Notes: a model not told the origin generated them from the letters alone. A stretch of DNA of 64,000 nucleotides from Eledone cirrhosa (GCA_964016885.1 OZ024744.1:67828001-67892000); one strand, 5' to 3'; positions 12,910 to 26,763 are shown, counted from the first letter of the stretch. Numbers and translations: made by a program.

Positions 12910-13137
12910 TTAACCCTTTAGTGTTCAAACCGGCCAAAACCGGCCAGAATTCTCTACCTCTTTCTGTTGAAACTGGCCGTAACCGGTCGCTCAAACTGAT
13001 GTTAAGGTATTGTTCTCAAAATAGATACTTTCAAAATCTCATAGATTCGATATTATGTGAGGTAATTATGTGAGGTAAAGCCTTTACCATGAAAATATAA
13101 TAGTATATATAGAGTAATGTGAATACTAAAGGGTTAA
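12910..13137. mobile_element. piggyBac-type MITE (about 225 bp). Copies at 20342-20570, 22262-22489, 40291-40519, 40580-40807, 50316-50544
   Basis: TTAA|CCCTTTAG(C/T)... ...CTAAAGGG|TTAA termini and a conserved internal sequence. This copy splits a family-B SINE head at a TTAA. Confidence 0.85.
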
Positions 13138-13683
13138 ACCCTAAACCACTAAGCCTTCACGTGCCTTCACATGCTAGAGTGCTAATGATTATAATAACTG
13201 TGTGTACATTATAGAAATGCTATTTTATTATTGACCAGAGCAATATAGTGTATACTGGTGATATTTAATCAATATTGTTATTATTGGGCATTAGTGAGAC
13301 ACAGCAGCAAATGAGAAGGAAAGATAATGAAGGGATACATTGAACAGGTTTACATGTTGTATTTCATTTCCTTTTTCCTTTCTTTTCTTGTTTTTTTTTT
13401 TTTTGTGTGTGAAGCGGGGGGGGGGGGTGCAGGGAAAAGCCAGAGAAAGGATATTATCTTTAGGGTTAAGAGGGATCTGTTTTGTGTTGTGGTAGTATGT
13501 TTTTTGTATGAGTATTAATATCAGCTGCACTGTCCTCCACTATCTGGTTAAAGTGTTATTGTATTAGTCAGGGAAAGAGAAAAATCTCCCTTTAGATATG
13601 GATGTTAGGAAAAGGTCAGGTTGATGAATGGATGGATAGATATCTCTCTATATATATGATTATCTACATGTTTATATACTTAA

Positions 13684-13744
<61 letters not shown>

Positions 13745-14217
13745 CATTATCATAACCATCATCATAGTCGTTTAATGATCATTTTCCTCTGCAAGCAATA
13801 TATATCATCATCATCATTACCGTTCTATGTCCACCCCCACCCCCCCGCTAGCATGGAAAGTGGTCCTGTTGTGTGCATAGCTAGGTCAGGTGACCATATT
13901 CTTGCTCATACAGAACGGATTTTGGCTTGGGTTCTACAGCTGGATGCCCTTTCTAACACCAACCTCATTTACAGTGGGTTCAGTGTAATGGTGCCCCAGG
14001 TTTCTGTATATATATATTTTATATATAGGAACAAGTATGACCCCCACGACAGAGCTCAAGCCGTTTTGACGGCTATTTCTGGACAGAAATAGTCGTCGAA
14101 ACGGCTTGAGCTCTGTCGTCGGGGTCATAATTGTTCCTATTACCCACTCTACTACCCTAAGTATTGAGTACTTTGGTGCGTTATGGTCCATCTGGTTCCA
14201 TACCATAATTCCTTCGT

Positions 14218-14266
<49 letters not shown>

Positions 14267-14366
14267 CCTTTGCCAAAATTAAGTAAGTGACATAGTCACT
14301 ACTTAAAAACCGATAGCGAATAGTCTTCTAAATGTTTTTAATTAAACATATGATATACATTCATAT

Positions 14367-14765
14367 GGAGGCACATGGCTTAGTGATTAGAGTATTGGCC
14401 CTGCAATCGAAAGGTTGTGAGTTCAATTCTCAGACCGGGTGATGTGTTGTTTCCTTGAGCAAGACACTTTATTTCACATTGCTCCAGTTTACTCAGCTGT
14501 AGAAATGAGATGATAGGGACTGGGGTCCCTATCATTCCACTGCAAAGTGGTCGTGGAGGTGCCACGGCAAAAAAGCACCCAGCACTCACTGTAAATGAGG
14601 TTGATGTTAGGAAGGGCATCCAGCTGTAGAAATCAAGCCAGAATCAGTTCCCATCCCACCCTTGCAAGCAGGGAAAAAGCGGACGTAAAATGAAATGAAA
14701 TGATACATATGCAAGCAGTGAAAAGCGGACGTAAAATGATGATGATAAAATGATGATGATGATGA

Positions 14766-14766
<1 letters not shown>
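14367..14766 (+). mobile_element. tRNA-derived SINE family B (CORE/Meta-like central domain plus RTE-derived tail). Full copies also at 39560-39908(-) and 45311-45648(+). The same head with other bodies at about 12800-13165(-), 43570-43768(-), 48362-48690, 52190-52420, 60492-60710(-)
   Basis: A-box tggcttagtg(g/a)ttaga and B-box gagttcaattc, then ccttgagcaagacactttatttcacattgctcc, then the tail shared with the RTE at 51905-52180. Confidence 0.85.
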
Positions 14767-14822
<56 letters not shown>

Positions 14823-15387
14823 ACATATATATATCAGACAAACACATACAAAAACAAACATGCATGCACACACTCACACAAACACACACACCGGCACACT
14901 TATCTTAGCAGTCAATTTCAAGTCAAGTATGATAAATTTTTACACTAAAACAGATACCAGCATCACTTCAGTGAAGGTCTCAGTTATTGTGGCAAATGGA
15001 GAATCACAACAGCTATTCCTTGTACTACTATATTTTCCATGTATGTTCATAATTTAGGAAATGATGGATGTGGTGATATCTCATTATTTTAAACATGGTG
15101 GATTGGTAGTATCGGTAGAGGGTCGGACGCTATGCTTTGACACATAGAATTATGGCCCCTGCCATTCTGAGTTCGAATCCCGGCGAGGTTAACTTTGCCT
15201 TTCATCCTTACTGAGTCGATAAAATAAAGTACCAGTAATGCAGTGGGTAATTTCTGGCCTTGTGCCAAAAAGTAGAAACAATTATTTTAAACATGCTAGA
15301 TACACGTCTTTGTTATTCCAAGCTGGATTTGCACTTAAAAAATAGTGTGTCCATAAAAGCGCTAACACCTGTATGCATATATATATT

Positions 15388-15468
<81 letters not shown>

Positions 15469-15816
15469 TCATCATCATCAACATCAGTTGACGCCTGCTT
15501 CCCCTGCTAGTAAAGGTTGGATGGGTCTACATAGAACAAGTCAGTACTGCAGCAGGGCTACTGACCTCCCATACAGGTTGAAGGTCCTTATCTTACTTTC
15601 TACCAAATGTACAAGAGACATTGTCATGTCTTTCACAAACTGAAACGTCCTCCCAACACTTTGTTTGGCAAGCTTTCTAGGGCTGGATGCCCTTCCTATT
15701 ACAGGCCACTTTAACTGTGTATTTGTTGCATTTACCGTGTAGATCCCCAACAAAGAGTGGCTATCATGTCCTTGACAAAACTGAAAGGTCCTCATAACCC
15801 TTTGCTTGGAAAGCTG

Positions 15817-15888
<72 letters not shown>

Positions 15889-15889
<1 letters not shown>

Positions 15890-16340
15890 CATCATCATCA
15901 ACACCATCACCGTTTAACGTCTATTTTTCCATGCTAACGTGGGTTAGATGGATTGTCCTATTTAAGGCAAGTTGGGTCAGGTCACTGTGTTTTGCTCATA
16001 CAGAACTGTTTCTGGCTAGGTTTCTACAGCTGAATGCCCTTCCTAACACCAACCACATTTACAGTGTGTGCTGGGTGCTTTTTGTTGTGACTCCTACACA
16101 ACTATTTTACAGTGTGGACTGGGTGCTTTTTATTGTGACACCTACACAACCATTTTACAGAGTGAGCTGTGTGCTTTTTGCTGTGTTGCCATCATGACCA
16201 TTTTACAGAGTGGGCTGGAGGCTTCACTGGATGTATGCTACAGCCCGTCACTCATGGAAGATGTATGGGAGAAAGGGGATGGAGTAGTGTATACTATATA
16301 TATGCTTCAGCTTTAACCTGTGCTCATCGGATGGTGGGTC
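15889..16340 (-). mobile_element. RTE-3'UTR-derived short repeat. Other copies at about 6850-7047, 7368-7505, 9628-9765, 13805-13990, 16379-16540, 22720-23030, 30190-30660, 32604-32860, 38515-38743, 50670-50745, 63810-63962
   Basis: Shared motif gttaggaagggcatccagctgtagaaa..aacccatgctagcatggaa..gacgttaaa(tga)n, the same type as the LINE 3' end. Confidence 0.8.
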
Positions 16341-16681
16341 TTCTGAATTACTGCATAACGCTATATATATATATATATCATCATCATCATTGTCATCATC
16401 ATTTAACATCCATGTTCCACGTTAGCATGGGTTAGTCAGGTTATCCCAATTGAGGCAAGTTGTATCCTGCTCATACAGAACTGTTTTTGGCTAGATTTCT
16501 ACAGCTGGATGCTCTTCTTAACGCCAACCACATTTACAATATATGTGGTCATATACATATAGTCAGTAATCATATGCAACATAAGTTTTGAAAATATTTA
16601 ATCTGGTAGGACCATTTTATTAGATAACCAAGATGATTATATCTTCTATGAATATCAATTTTACTCTCTTTTTATTTGTCT

Positions 16682-18970
16682 CCTGGCACTAACTTTGGGG
16701 CTTTCATTTATACTTGATGGCACTAACTTTGGGGCTTTCATTTATACTTGATGGGACTAACTTTTGAGGGGCTTTCATTTATACTTGATGGGACTAACTT
16801 TGGGGCTTTCATTTATACTTGATGGGACTAACTTTTGAGGGGCTTTCATTTATACTTGATGGGACTAACTTTTGAGGGGCTTTCATTTATACTTGAAGGG
16901 ACTAACTTTGGGGCTTTCATTTATACTTGATGGGACTAACTTTGGGGCTTTCATTTATACTTGATGGGACTAACTTTGGGGCTTTCATTTATACTTGATG
17001 GGACTAACTTTGGGGCTTTCATTTATACTTGATGGGACTAACTTTTGGGGGGCTTTCATTTATACTTGATGGGACTAACTTTTGGGGGGATTTCATTTAT
17101 ACTTGATGGGACTAACTTTTGGGGGGATTTCATTTATACTTGATGGGACTATCTTTGGGGCTTTCATTTATACTTGATGGGACTAACTTTTGGGGGGCTT
17201 TCATTTATACTTGATGGGACTAACTTTTGGGGGGATTTCATTTATACTTGATGGGACTATCTTTGGGGCTTTCATTTATACTTGATGGGACTAACTTTTG
17301 GGGGGCTTTCATTTATACTTGATGGGACTAACTTTTGGGGGGATTTCATTTATACTTGATGGGACTATCTTTGGGGCTTTCATTTATACTTTATGGGACT
17401 AACTTTGGGGCTTTCATTTATACTTGATAGGACTAACTTTTGGGGTTTACATTTATACTTGATGGGACTAACTTTGGGGCTTTCATTTATACTTGATGGG
17501 ACTAACTTTTGGGGTTTACATTTATACTTGATGGGACTAACTTTGGGGCTTTCATTTATACTTGATGGGACTAACTTTTGGGGTTTACATTTATACTTGA
17601 TGGGACTAACTTTGGGGCTTTCATTTATACTTGATGGGACTAACTTTGGGGCTTTCATTTATACTTGATGGGACTAACTTTGGGGCTTTCATTTATACTT
17701 GATGGGACTAACTTTTGGGGTTTACATTTATACTTGATGGGACTAACTTTGGGGCTTTCATTTATACTTGATGGGACTAACTTTTGGGGGGGCTTTCATT
17801 TATACTTGATGGGACTAACTTTTGGGGGGATTTCATTTATACTTGATGGGACTAACTTTTGGGGCTTTCATTTATACTTTATGGGACTAACTTTGGGGCT
17901 TTCATTTATACTTGATGGGACTAACTTTTGGGGGGGCTTTCATTTATACTTGATGGGACTAACTTTTGGGGGGATTTCATTTATACTTGATGGGACTAAC
18001 TTTTGGGGGGGCTTTCATTTATACTTGATGGGACTAACTTTTGGGGGGATTTCATTTATACTTGATGGGACTAACTTTTGGGGGGATTTCATTTATACTT
18101 GATGGGACTAACTTTTGGGGGGATTTCATTTATACTTGATGGGACTAACTTTTGGGGGGGCTTTCATTTATACTTGATGGGACTAACTTTTGGGGGGATT
18201 TCATTTATACTTGATGGGACTAACTTTTGGGGGGGCTTTCATTTATACTTGATGGGACTAACTTTTGGGGGGATTTCATTTATACTTGATGGGACTATCT
18301 TTGGGGCTTTCATTTATACTTGATGGGACTAACTTTTGGGGTTTACATTTATACTTGATGGGACTAACTTTGGGGCTTTCATTTATACTTGATGGGACTA
18401 ACTTTTGGGGGGCTTTCATTTATACTTGATGGGACTAACTTTTGGGGGGATTTCATTTATACTTGATGGGACTATCTTTGGGGCTTTCATTTATACTTGA
18501 TGGGACTAACTTTTGGGGGGCTTTCATTTATACTTGATGGGACTAACTTTTGGGGGGATTTCATTTATACTTGATGGGACTATCTTTGGGGCTTTCATTT
18601 ATACTTGATGGGACTAACTTTTGGGGTTTACATTTATACTTGATGGGACTAACTTTGGGGCTTTCATTTATACTTGATAGGACTAACTTTTGGGGTTTAC
18701 ATTTATACTTGATGGGACTAACTTTGGGGCTTTCATTTATACTTGATGGGACTAACTTTTGGGGTTTACATTTATACTTGATGGGACTAACTTTGGGGCT
18801 TTCATTTATACTTGATGGGACTATCTTTGGGGCTTTCATTTATACTTGATGGGACTAACTTTGGGGGGGATTTCATTTATTTCTGATCAGACTAATTTTG
18901 GGGGCTTTCATTTATTTCTGATGGGACTAACTTTTAGGGCTTTTATTTATTTCTGATGACCTGGCACTAA
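16682..18970. repeat. Minisatellite array, 34-37 bp unit (cttgatgggactaactttggggctttcatttata), about 65 copies
   Basis: Directly visible tandem array. Variant units alternate in dimers and trimers. Confidence 0.97.
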
Positions 18971-19329
18971 TTGGATCAATATTATGATATGAGTTTTTAT
19001 AAAAAAAAAACAAATGTTTATATATCATTTGATTTGATTTTTGTTAGTGAAATGTGCATAAGATAATAAATGAGTTGTTTTTTTATTTTTATATAGTATA
19101 TATACATATATACATATATACATATATACATATATACATACATATATGTATATATGTATAAACCCATGCCAGCATGGAAGATAGATGTTAAATGATGATG
19201 ATGGTGTATAAGGCTAGAGTCGGGTGTCTTTAACAGAAATATGGATCTTGAGCCACTCAACTGTGAAACGTTCATAATTGAACCTAATCAATAACAACGT
19301 CAATGTGAAACCTTGTTTTGTTCTTCTTA

Positions 19330-19336
19330 ATATATA

Positions 19337-19434
<98 letters not shown>

Positions 19435-20060
19435 TGCATGTTGGGAATTAGTTGGTGATTTATGTACATAACACATACATACATACACATGCACATACAT
19501 ACATACACATTCACATACATACGTACATGTATACATACATATACACATACATACAGGTATACATGTACACAAACATAGATACATACATGCATACATGTAT
19601 ACATACATGCATACATACACACATTTATACATACATACATAAATGTATACATACATACAGACATGTATACATACACATATACATACACAAAAACATACAT
19701 ATATACATAAATGTATACATACATATATACAAACATACATACATGCATACATGTATGCATACATACACACATATATACATCATAGATAAATGAATAGATA
19801 CATACATACACAAACACATGCATACATATATATGTATACATACATGCATAAATGTATACAAACATAAATACATACATACATACATGTATACAAACATACA
19901 TACATACATACATACATACATGTATACAAATATACATACATACATGTATACAAACATACTTACATATATACATATATACATACATACATACATACATACA
20001 TACATACATACATACATACATACATACATACATACATACATACATACGTACACACATATA
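19330..20060. repeat. Degenerate (TG)n/(CATA)n microsatellite block. Representative of many (TA)n, (CA)n, (GA)n, (CAT)n, (AAT)n, (GAA)n and (GATA)n tracts, e.g. 670-920, 4220-4532, 29390-29720, 41330-42105, 58840-59780, 60100-60490
   Basis: Directly visible. Confidence 0.97.
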
Positions 20061-20137
20061 CTTTGAGTTGTATATGATAGTTATATAATTTACATAGAGA
20101 TAGAGAGGCTTATTGTCTAGAAACATTTCATTTACAG

Positions 20138-20293
20138 AGAATAGAATCATCGGTACTTCACATGAATGTTTAAACCCCAAGAGTCATTCTTGATTCTTGA
20201 TAAATCTGAGAATAATCTTCTCGGCACAAGAGTCCTTGTTTCCTTTCTATAAGAATGACCTTATCAATACTTTCTTTCATAACTAAGTCCCAG
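20138..20293 (+). other. Candidate upstream exon (5'UTR plus MTLSILSFITKSQ, ATG at 20255) for the DCX exon
   Basis: Non-repetitive island with acceptor tttcatttacag|. ATG 20255 is open to CAG|gtttgg in phase 0, compatible with the phase-0 acceptor at 26773. No homology support. Confidence 0.25.
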
Positions 20294-21529
20294 GTTTGGT
20301 ATTGATTGAAGACAGATACACAATACACAAAAGTTTTTGGTTTAAGCCTTTAGCATTTAAACCGGCCATATCCGGCCAGAATTCTCTCAGCTCTTTCTGT
20401 TCAAACCGGCTGTAACCGGCCGCTCATAGCTACATTAATGTATTGTTCTCAAAATAAATAACATCAAAATCTCATAGATTCAATATTATGTGAGATAATT
20501 ATGTTAGATAAAGCCTTTACTGTGAAAATACAACAGTAAATATAAAGTAATGTGAATGTTAATGGGTTAAAATATGAAGACTGGTGGGGGGGGGGGGGGG
20601 GGGTAGAAAGAATAATAATGCTTCATGACTTTTTATATAACTTTTATATGAAGACCTTCAAGCTTGGCTGATCCTTGCTTAAGTGATCCAGTCAGATCCG
20701 GATCAGATCAGATCGTTTGGAGATGGTTCCTTCTGGTAGGAAGGACCATCTGGAAAGAGATGTCTGAGTAGTACCGCTGTCCTCTCCACCCCCAGAAGGA
20801 GGAGGAGGAGGTGGTGGTGGTGGAAGAGGAAGAGACGTTTGGGATGGAGAAGAGGGAAGAGGTGGAAAAGGAGAAGGTGAAAGAGGAGGTGGGGAGGAGG
20901 TGGGAGAGGATGGAAAAGGAGAGGGTGAGTTAGGGGGAGAGGGGGAGGAGAAAGAGGAGGAAGAGGAGAGAAGGACATTGATGATATTGTGGAATATGAT
21001 GATTATGATGGTGAGGAATCAGAAAATATTGTAGTTTATTGCTGAATAGAGAATGATTACGAAAAATGTTGTAAAGCGATTGACAAGGTAGACTTATCTT
21101 CTATAATAGAACAACTGGGAATCATGCAGAGAAGAAATTCATATTTAGATTACAAAATAATCTACCATCTAACCAAGACACAGAATCATTTGAAACAGAT
21201 CCTTTTAATCTCATAAAAAGAAGACAAATTTCAGAAATCAATCACAACTTTTAAAGTATTCGAAGTTTGAAAGCCACGATAATGTGAATTGGACTGAAAA
21301 TATTTAAGTCATAAGTAACGGGGATGTTTTTTACCTTAATTTATTGATATGTCCTGATATTTCAAGATTAATATCTCTTCTTCCGAGGAAAGTAAAGGAG
21401 CTATTCCAGTTCAATTTGCATTGTCGTGGCTTTCAAATGTTGAATTCTTTATACCATATACAATGCTTCAAGTAAACTACAAATTCCAACTTTTAAAGTA
21501 CTTTAGAAAGTAACTGTGTCTTTATTCAA

Positions 21530-21650
21530 TCTATATATAAACTTGAGCAACTTCCGTCTGCCCGTCACACAATGTGTGTATGTGTTTGTGTGTGTTTATA
21601 TAAATGTATGTGTGTGTAAAACGAAGCAAGGCGATGGTGAAAAATCTATA
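21530..21650 (+). mobile_element. Possible mini-Helitron remnant
   Basis: a|TCTATATATAAAC start, ccgtctgcccgtc, (TG)n, degenerate 3' end. Confidence 0.35.
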
Positions 21651-23519
21651 GCAAAACAGCAGCAGACGTTCTATTTACTACGTTCTGTGTGAGTGTATGT
21701 GTATGTGTGTGTTTGTGTGAACGTATGTCTGTGAGTGTGTATTTTTGTAAGTGTGTCTGTGTTTGAGCATTTATATTTATATACTCATACATATAAATGT
21801 ATGCATATGCACATACACATACACACACACATGTACACATATGCGTCAGCCTGTTGAAAAAATCCTAGTTCTAATAAAATCTGCATTTCACCTCACAAGG
21901 CCAAAAACATTTACAGCATTGACAAAGGCAATGCATGATAGGCTTTTTATACAACAATAACAGTGAAGAAGTGCTAGAAGTGCTAAATAATCTCAGTAAA
22001 AAGAAGCTGCAGTAGAAGGAAGACCAAGGAAGACCTGGACAGAAGTGGTGAGAGTTGATCTCAGATCGCTGAAGCTCACAGAGGACAAGTGGAGAGATGC
22101 TGTACTGAGAAGCACTCCTCCAATTCCTACAAGCATGGAATAGCAGACATTAAAAATTTAAATCGTTACTTTAGTTTACTGCAAATTTCCCCAACAATAT
22201 GTTTATGTGAAAAGATACAATAAATATATGAATTAATAAACCCATTTTTGGATATTATCTGCTAACCTTTTAGCAATTATATTATTAATGTATAATGTTG
22301 TATTTTTGTTGTAAAGGCTTTATCTTACGGAATTATCTCACATAATATCGAATCTATAAGATTTTGATATTATTTATTTTGAGAACAATACCTTAATATC
22401 AATGTGAACAGCCAGTTACAGCTGGTTTGAACAGAAAGAGGTGAGAGAATTCTGGCCAAATATGACCAGTTTAGATGTTAAATGGTTAAATCATTGTAGG
22501 ATGTTAAGCATTAATATAATATTTTATATGAAGAAATGTCTCCTGTTTTATATGAGTAATTTTACTTTATATCTAGTTTGGTTTATATATTTGGTAGGTC
22601 TGATAGAATTTAGTTACATGAACATTATTTACTTGACCATGGATGCATATAAAAAAGCTCAATTGCATGAGCTGAAGAGGATTTATATCCCAGACCTTAT
22701 GTAAAGAAATTTCTTACAATGCGTTAGACGGGTTGTCCCATTTGAAGCAAGTTGGGTCAGGTGACCGTGACTTGCTCATATAGAAATGTTTCTGGCTAGA
22801 TTTCTACAGCTGGATGCCCTTCCTAACACCAACCACATTTACAGTGTGTGCTGGGTGCCTTTTGTCGTGACACCTACACAACCACTATACAGTGTGTGCT
22901 GGGTGCTTTTTGTCGTGACACCTACACAACCACTATACAGTGTGTGTTGGGTGCTTTTTGTCGTGACACCTATATGACCACTTTTCAGTGTGGACTGGGT
23001 GCTTTTTGTCGTGATTCCTACATGACATATGGTTCATATTTATCTAAAAATTTTCCATCATAATTTATGCAAACAATGAGAACATTAATTATATTACTCT
23101 AAATTCTCAATTATTTGAAGCTCATTGGTAGTATGGCAGTGTCTTTTGTTAGAAATATGGTAATGAAAGAGTTAAGAAAGATCTAACAAAATTATTTTGT
23201 GCATTATGATTATGCATTAAAGCAGGCCTTAATCTTCATATAGACATCACTTTAAATCTAGATACAAATACGATAGGCCTAATGGGAAATTTACTTTATA
23301 TAAATTAATGTTCTAAAGATCCACCAAACCTTTTACATACTTTAATCCTTAATATTAATGTGTGCATATCATCCTTATCTTTAAGATGTTAAAATATCTG
23401 CTTGGATTTATTATCTCAAGAAGAGATATAAACCTCTGATAGTAGAATTATATCACAAGATAATAAACACTACACTAGATTTTCTTAATTTTATCCCTTA
23501 TCCTTTTCTAACAAATAAA

Positions 23520-24895
23520 ATAAAATAAACATGTTCTTAAATAAATCTTCTCCATCTGAACACAGTCCTCCATGCTGATTAGACCTCTTCCATCTTCAGA
23601 TCTCCTTAAGTACAGTCTATCAACATCACCTTTCTTATGAAGCATACTGTAGTTAGTCCTTAATTTTCTTGTCTTTCTATCCAGTTCTTTTTGTTCATTT
23701 ACATTCCATTTAAGAATTCCCGCACAGTACCCAATAATCGACACAGCTCAGGAATTTACTGCACTTATTGCATTTCTATTATTCAGATGTGGTTTTAGTA
23801 TGTTCCTTACTCTCCTTATGTATTCAAATCTTAGCATCTCCTTTTTTTTTATTGTCCTTGCTGTTATCTGCCCCCAAAACACCCAAATACCTATATCCTT
23901 CTTCGGTGTTGATCTCCTTTATCCCTTCACCCGTTGGTATCTCAATTCCTTTGCTTCTCTTCAATTTATCTCTCATCACCACTAGGACTTCACACTTATT
24001 AACACCAAATTCCATACATATATCATTGCTGAAAATATAGAGTTAACAGGTACGTCCAACTTCTTCTAGATCTTCCTGGAGAGTTTTAGATCATCCATGA
24101 AGAGGAGGTGGTTGATAGTAAACTTTCCTCTTCCCAGTTTGTATCCTATCTTCACTCTTCGCAATATGTGGGACAAGGGTATGAAGATAAAGACAAACAC
24201 TAAAGGCAAGAGACTATCTCCTTGGAAGATACTTCTCTTGATTTTCACTCCTCCCAAGGATTCTCCACCTGATGTTAGCTCTGTCTCCCAGGTCTTCATG
24301 CTATTAATTAATAGCAGTTTGATGTTGTCCACTACCTTGATGATTTCCAAACACATGGTTATCCAAGAATGAGGAACCATGTCGAATGCCTTCTTGTAAT
24401 CTATCCTCTTGCAGTTCCTTATCATCTTGTAGCTGGTGTTTTGTACCACAGGATTCCTTTTGGCATCCTTACTGTTCCTCCAGCAATAGGTTGTTTATGT
24501 CGAGCTGGTGTTAGATTTTTTTCAGACATAATACTGGTTAGCAATTTCCCCATCAAGGACAGTCATGTGATAGGTCTATAGTTGGTAACATTATTTCCCT
24601 TGACTTGGCTTGGTCTTTCCTTATTAGAACTATAGAACCTTTTGTCAACCACTGTGGTTCTTCATCTGACATCAAGCAGTTATTGAACATGGTTGCCAGT
24701 ATCGAGTGGAGAGACATTATATTTTTTGTCCAATATCCTTGCACACCATCTGGGCCTGGTGATTTCCAGTTGGTTAATTTATTGGCCTGCTTTTTAAGGG
24801 TTTCAACCGAGAAACTCAAGTCAGGTTGTTGGTGTGCTTGTTCATTAACCTCCTTTTTAACAGTCTCAATCCACTCTGCCTAACTATTATGCTCA
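23520..24895 (-). mobile_element. Degenerate non-LTR retrotransposon RT, R4/Dong-like
   Basis: WKSPGPDGVQGYW, IDYKKAFDMVPHSWI, IFQGDSL, INHLLFMDDLKL, YRYLGV, DVDRLYLRRSEDGRGL. Multiple frameshifts. Clade call from motifs only. Confidence 0.85.
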
Positions 24896-24899
24896 ACAT

Positions 24900-26545
24900 C
24901 CTGCTCTGAAATCTGGAGCAGTTCTCGTCTCTGTTGTATATATTGACTGTACAGCCTTTACTACACAAACTGGAGACATTGAGGGACATCCCGCGTGAAC
25001 TAGGGTGTGGGAGAACCATGGCAGATTATGCCAACATCACCATAGCAGTGCCGAGTGCCAAACACATCAAGGTGATTGACACTGCTCTCAGAGACTATGA
25101 GGTGGTGACAGGAATGAGAATTAACCGACAAAAATTGGTGAGCCCACAGCTTGGCACCTGGAGAGGCAGGTCCATTCCATCCAACAATGTGATTGGATGC
25201 TGGACATATGGACCGGTTAAATTGCTTGGGTTCTGGTTTGGTCCAGATCTCCAGATGGACAAGAACTGGGTTAAGGTTATGAGTAGGATTCCCAATCACA
25301 TTGAGATATGTGCTGAGAGGGAGCTATCTCTAAAAGGTCAGGCAGAGGTGGTGAATGTGTATAACACAGCTGTCTACTACAGTTTAACCATTGTGCCTTG
25401 CCCCAGTCCATACCTCACCAAATTGGAGCCTCTGCTCTTCAACTTCTTGTGGAAGGGACAGGTTCCACTGGTGAGGTGGTCCATTTGCTGTCAACACTTG
25501 CTGTGTGGAAGACTGGCCATGCGCTGAGGATTTAACATCTCCAGCTTTCCCTGAACAGTGAACAGGTGTGGTTACCATTTGCTAGGCACGTTTTTCCCCA
25601 GCTCATCTCTTTGATGGAGCTGCTATCTTGGGTCAAGGGAGACCAAGGGGAGCACTTGGAGGCTAGAATGTCTTTAAATATACACAACCTTCAGCAAATT
25701 GGGCACTATGATCATGGAAACTCCACCTTGGCATTCTATAGGGGTTAGCAATGACATTCTTGGGAAAACTCTGGGCATTGATGAAAACTAACTAGCCATT
25801 CTCTTCCACAGTACTTTCGGTCCAAGGCCCATGGATAACTTCTAAAAATCTTTGGCTTGGCATTGCTACCAGGGAGCATTTCTGGTTCAAGATCATCTCT
25901 GCCGGCATTGAAGAAGTGCCATCACCCAGACCCTTCCAAGTGTCCGACCTGTGGGTTTATGTCAAACACTTGCTGTCATATGTAAGATGAATATGACTAT
26001 CAACTGAGTCCATCATTAAGATTGCCCTGCTTCCAGGAAGAGTGGGTTATTCTTATCTGTCTGGTGGCCATAATGAAAGTGGTCGTATGGTTGACACATC
26101 TGAAAGGGTTGAAAACGAGCACTTTTTTCTTCAACAATGCTCTGATTAACTTCATCAAATTTAACTTGAAAAGTAAGATCAGGATCGAGAGGGGAGTGCT
26201 GCGTTCCAACCACTTTGTTGAAAGATGGGTAAAAGAGGCAAAAATAACCTGAGTGAATGGGCCTGCTCTGAATGTATGCTTGTAGATTGAATGAGGACAG
26301 GGTAACTGTGGCTTTTTGTGGGCTTTCTCTACGAGTGACCTTTGAAAGTCTCCCCGCTGATTGGAGAATTTTCTTTTGTTCTATCTTTTGTTACATCCTT
26401 TGTTTTTGTTTTATGTTTATTTTTTACATACAGAACACCCATTTGTACTATCCTGTACCATCCTCTGTTATCCTTAATGTTATCCTTTTTTAGTCAATAA
26501 AGAAATCATTATTATTATTATTACTATTATTATTGTTGCTGTTGT
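24900..26545 (+). mobile_element. Degenerate Tx1/L1-clade LINE 3' part with AATAAA and (ATT)n tail
   Basis: LYILTVQPLL, YA(N)ITI, GPVKLLGFWFG, LSLKGQAEVVN, LFNFLWKG, FKFNLKSKIRIER..FVERW. Ends aataaagaaatc(att)n. A second copy of the 3' tail lies at about 26565-26760. Confidence 0.8.
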
Positions 26546-26699
26546 TGTTGTTGTTATTATTATTACACAGAAACCCATATTTGTACCATCCTATGCTGTC
26601 CTTAATGTATTTTTTAAAAACCCTTTGTGGTTAATAAAGAAATCATTATTATTGTTGTTCTTGTTGCTGCTGTTGTTGTTTTTATTATTATTATTATTG

Positions 26700-26763
<64 letters not shown>

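Noticed and set aside
14367-14440. tRNA genes (also about 45311, 39835-39908, 52190)
   Set aside because: A/B-box heads run directly into SINE bodies, with no terminator or proper acceptor stem.
16682-18970. CRISPR-like array or repeat-protein ORFs (MGLTLGLSFILDGTNFWG..)
   Set aside because: No unique spacers, eukaryotic context, and unit lengths of 34-37 nt break frame constantly. It is a minisatellite.
20720-20765. Hairpin agatggttccttc/gaaggaccatct followed by GAAA
   Set aside because: No CTGAnGA upstream and no second copy. Insufficient for a call.
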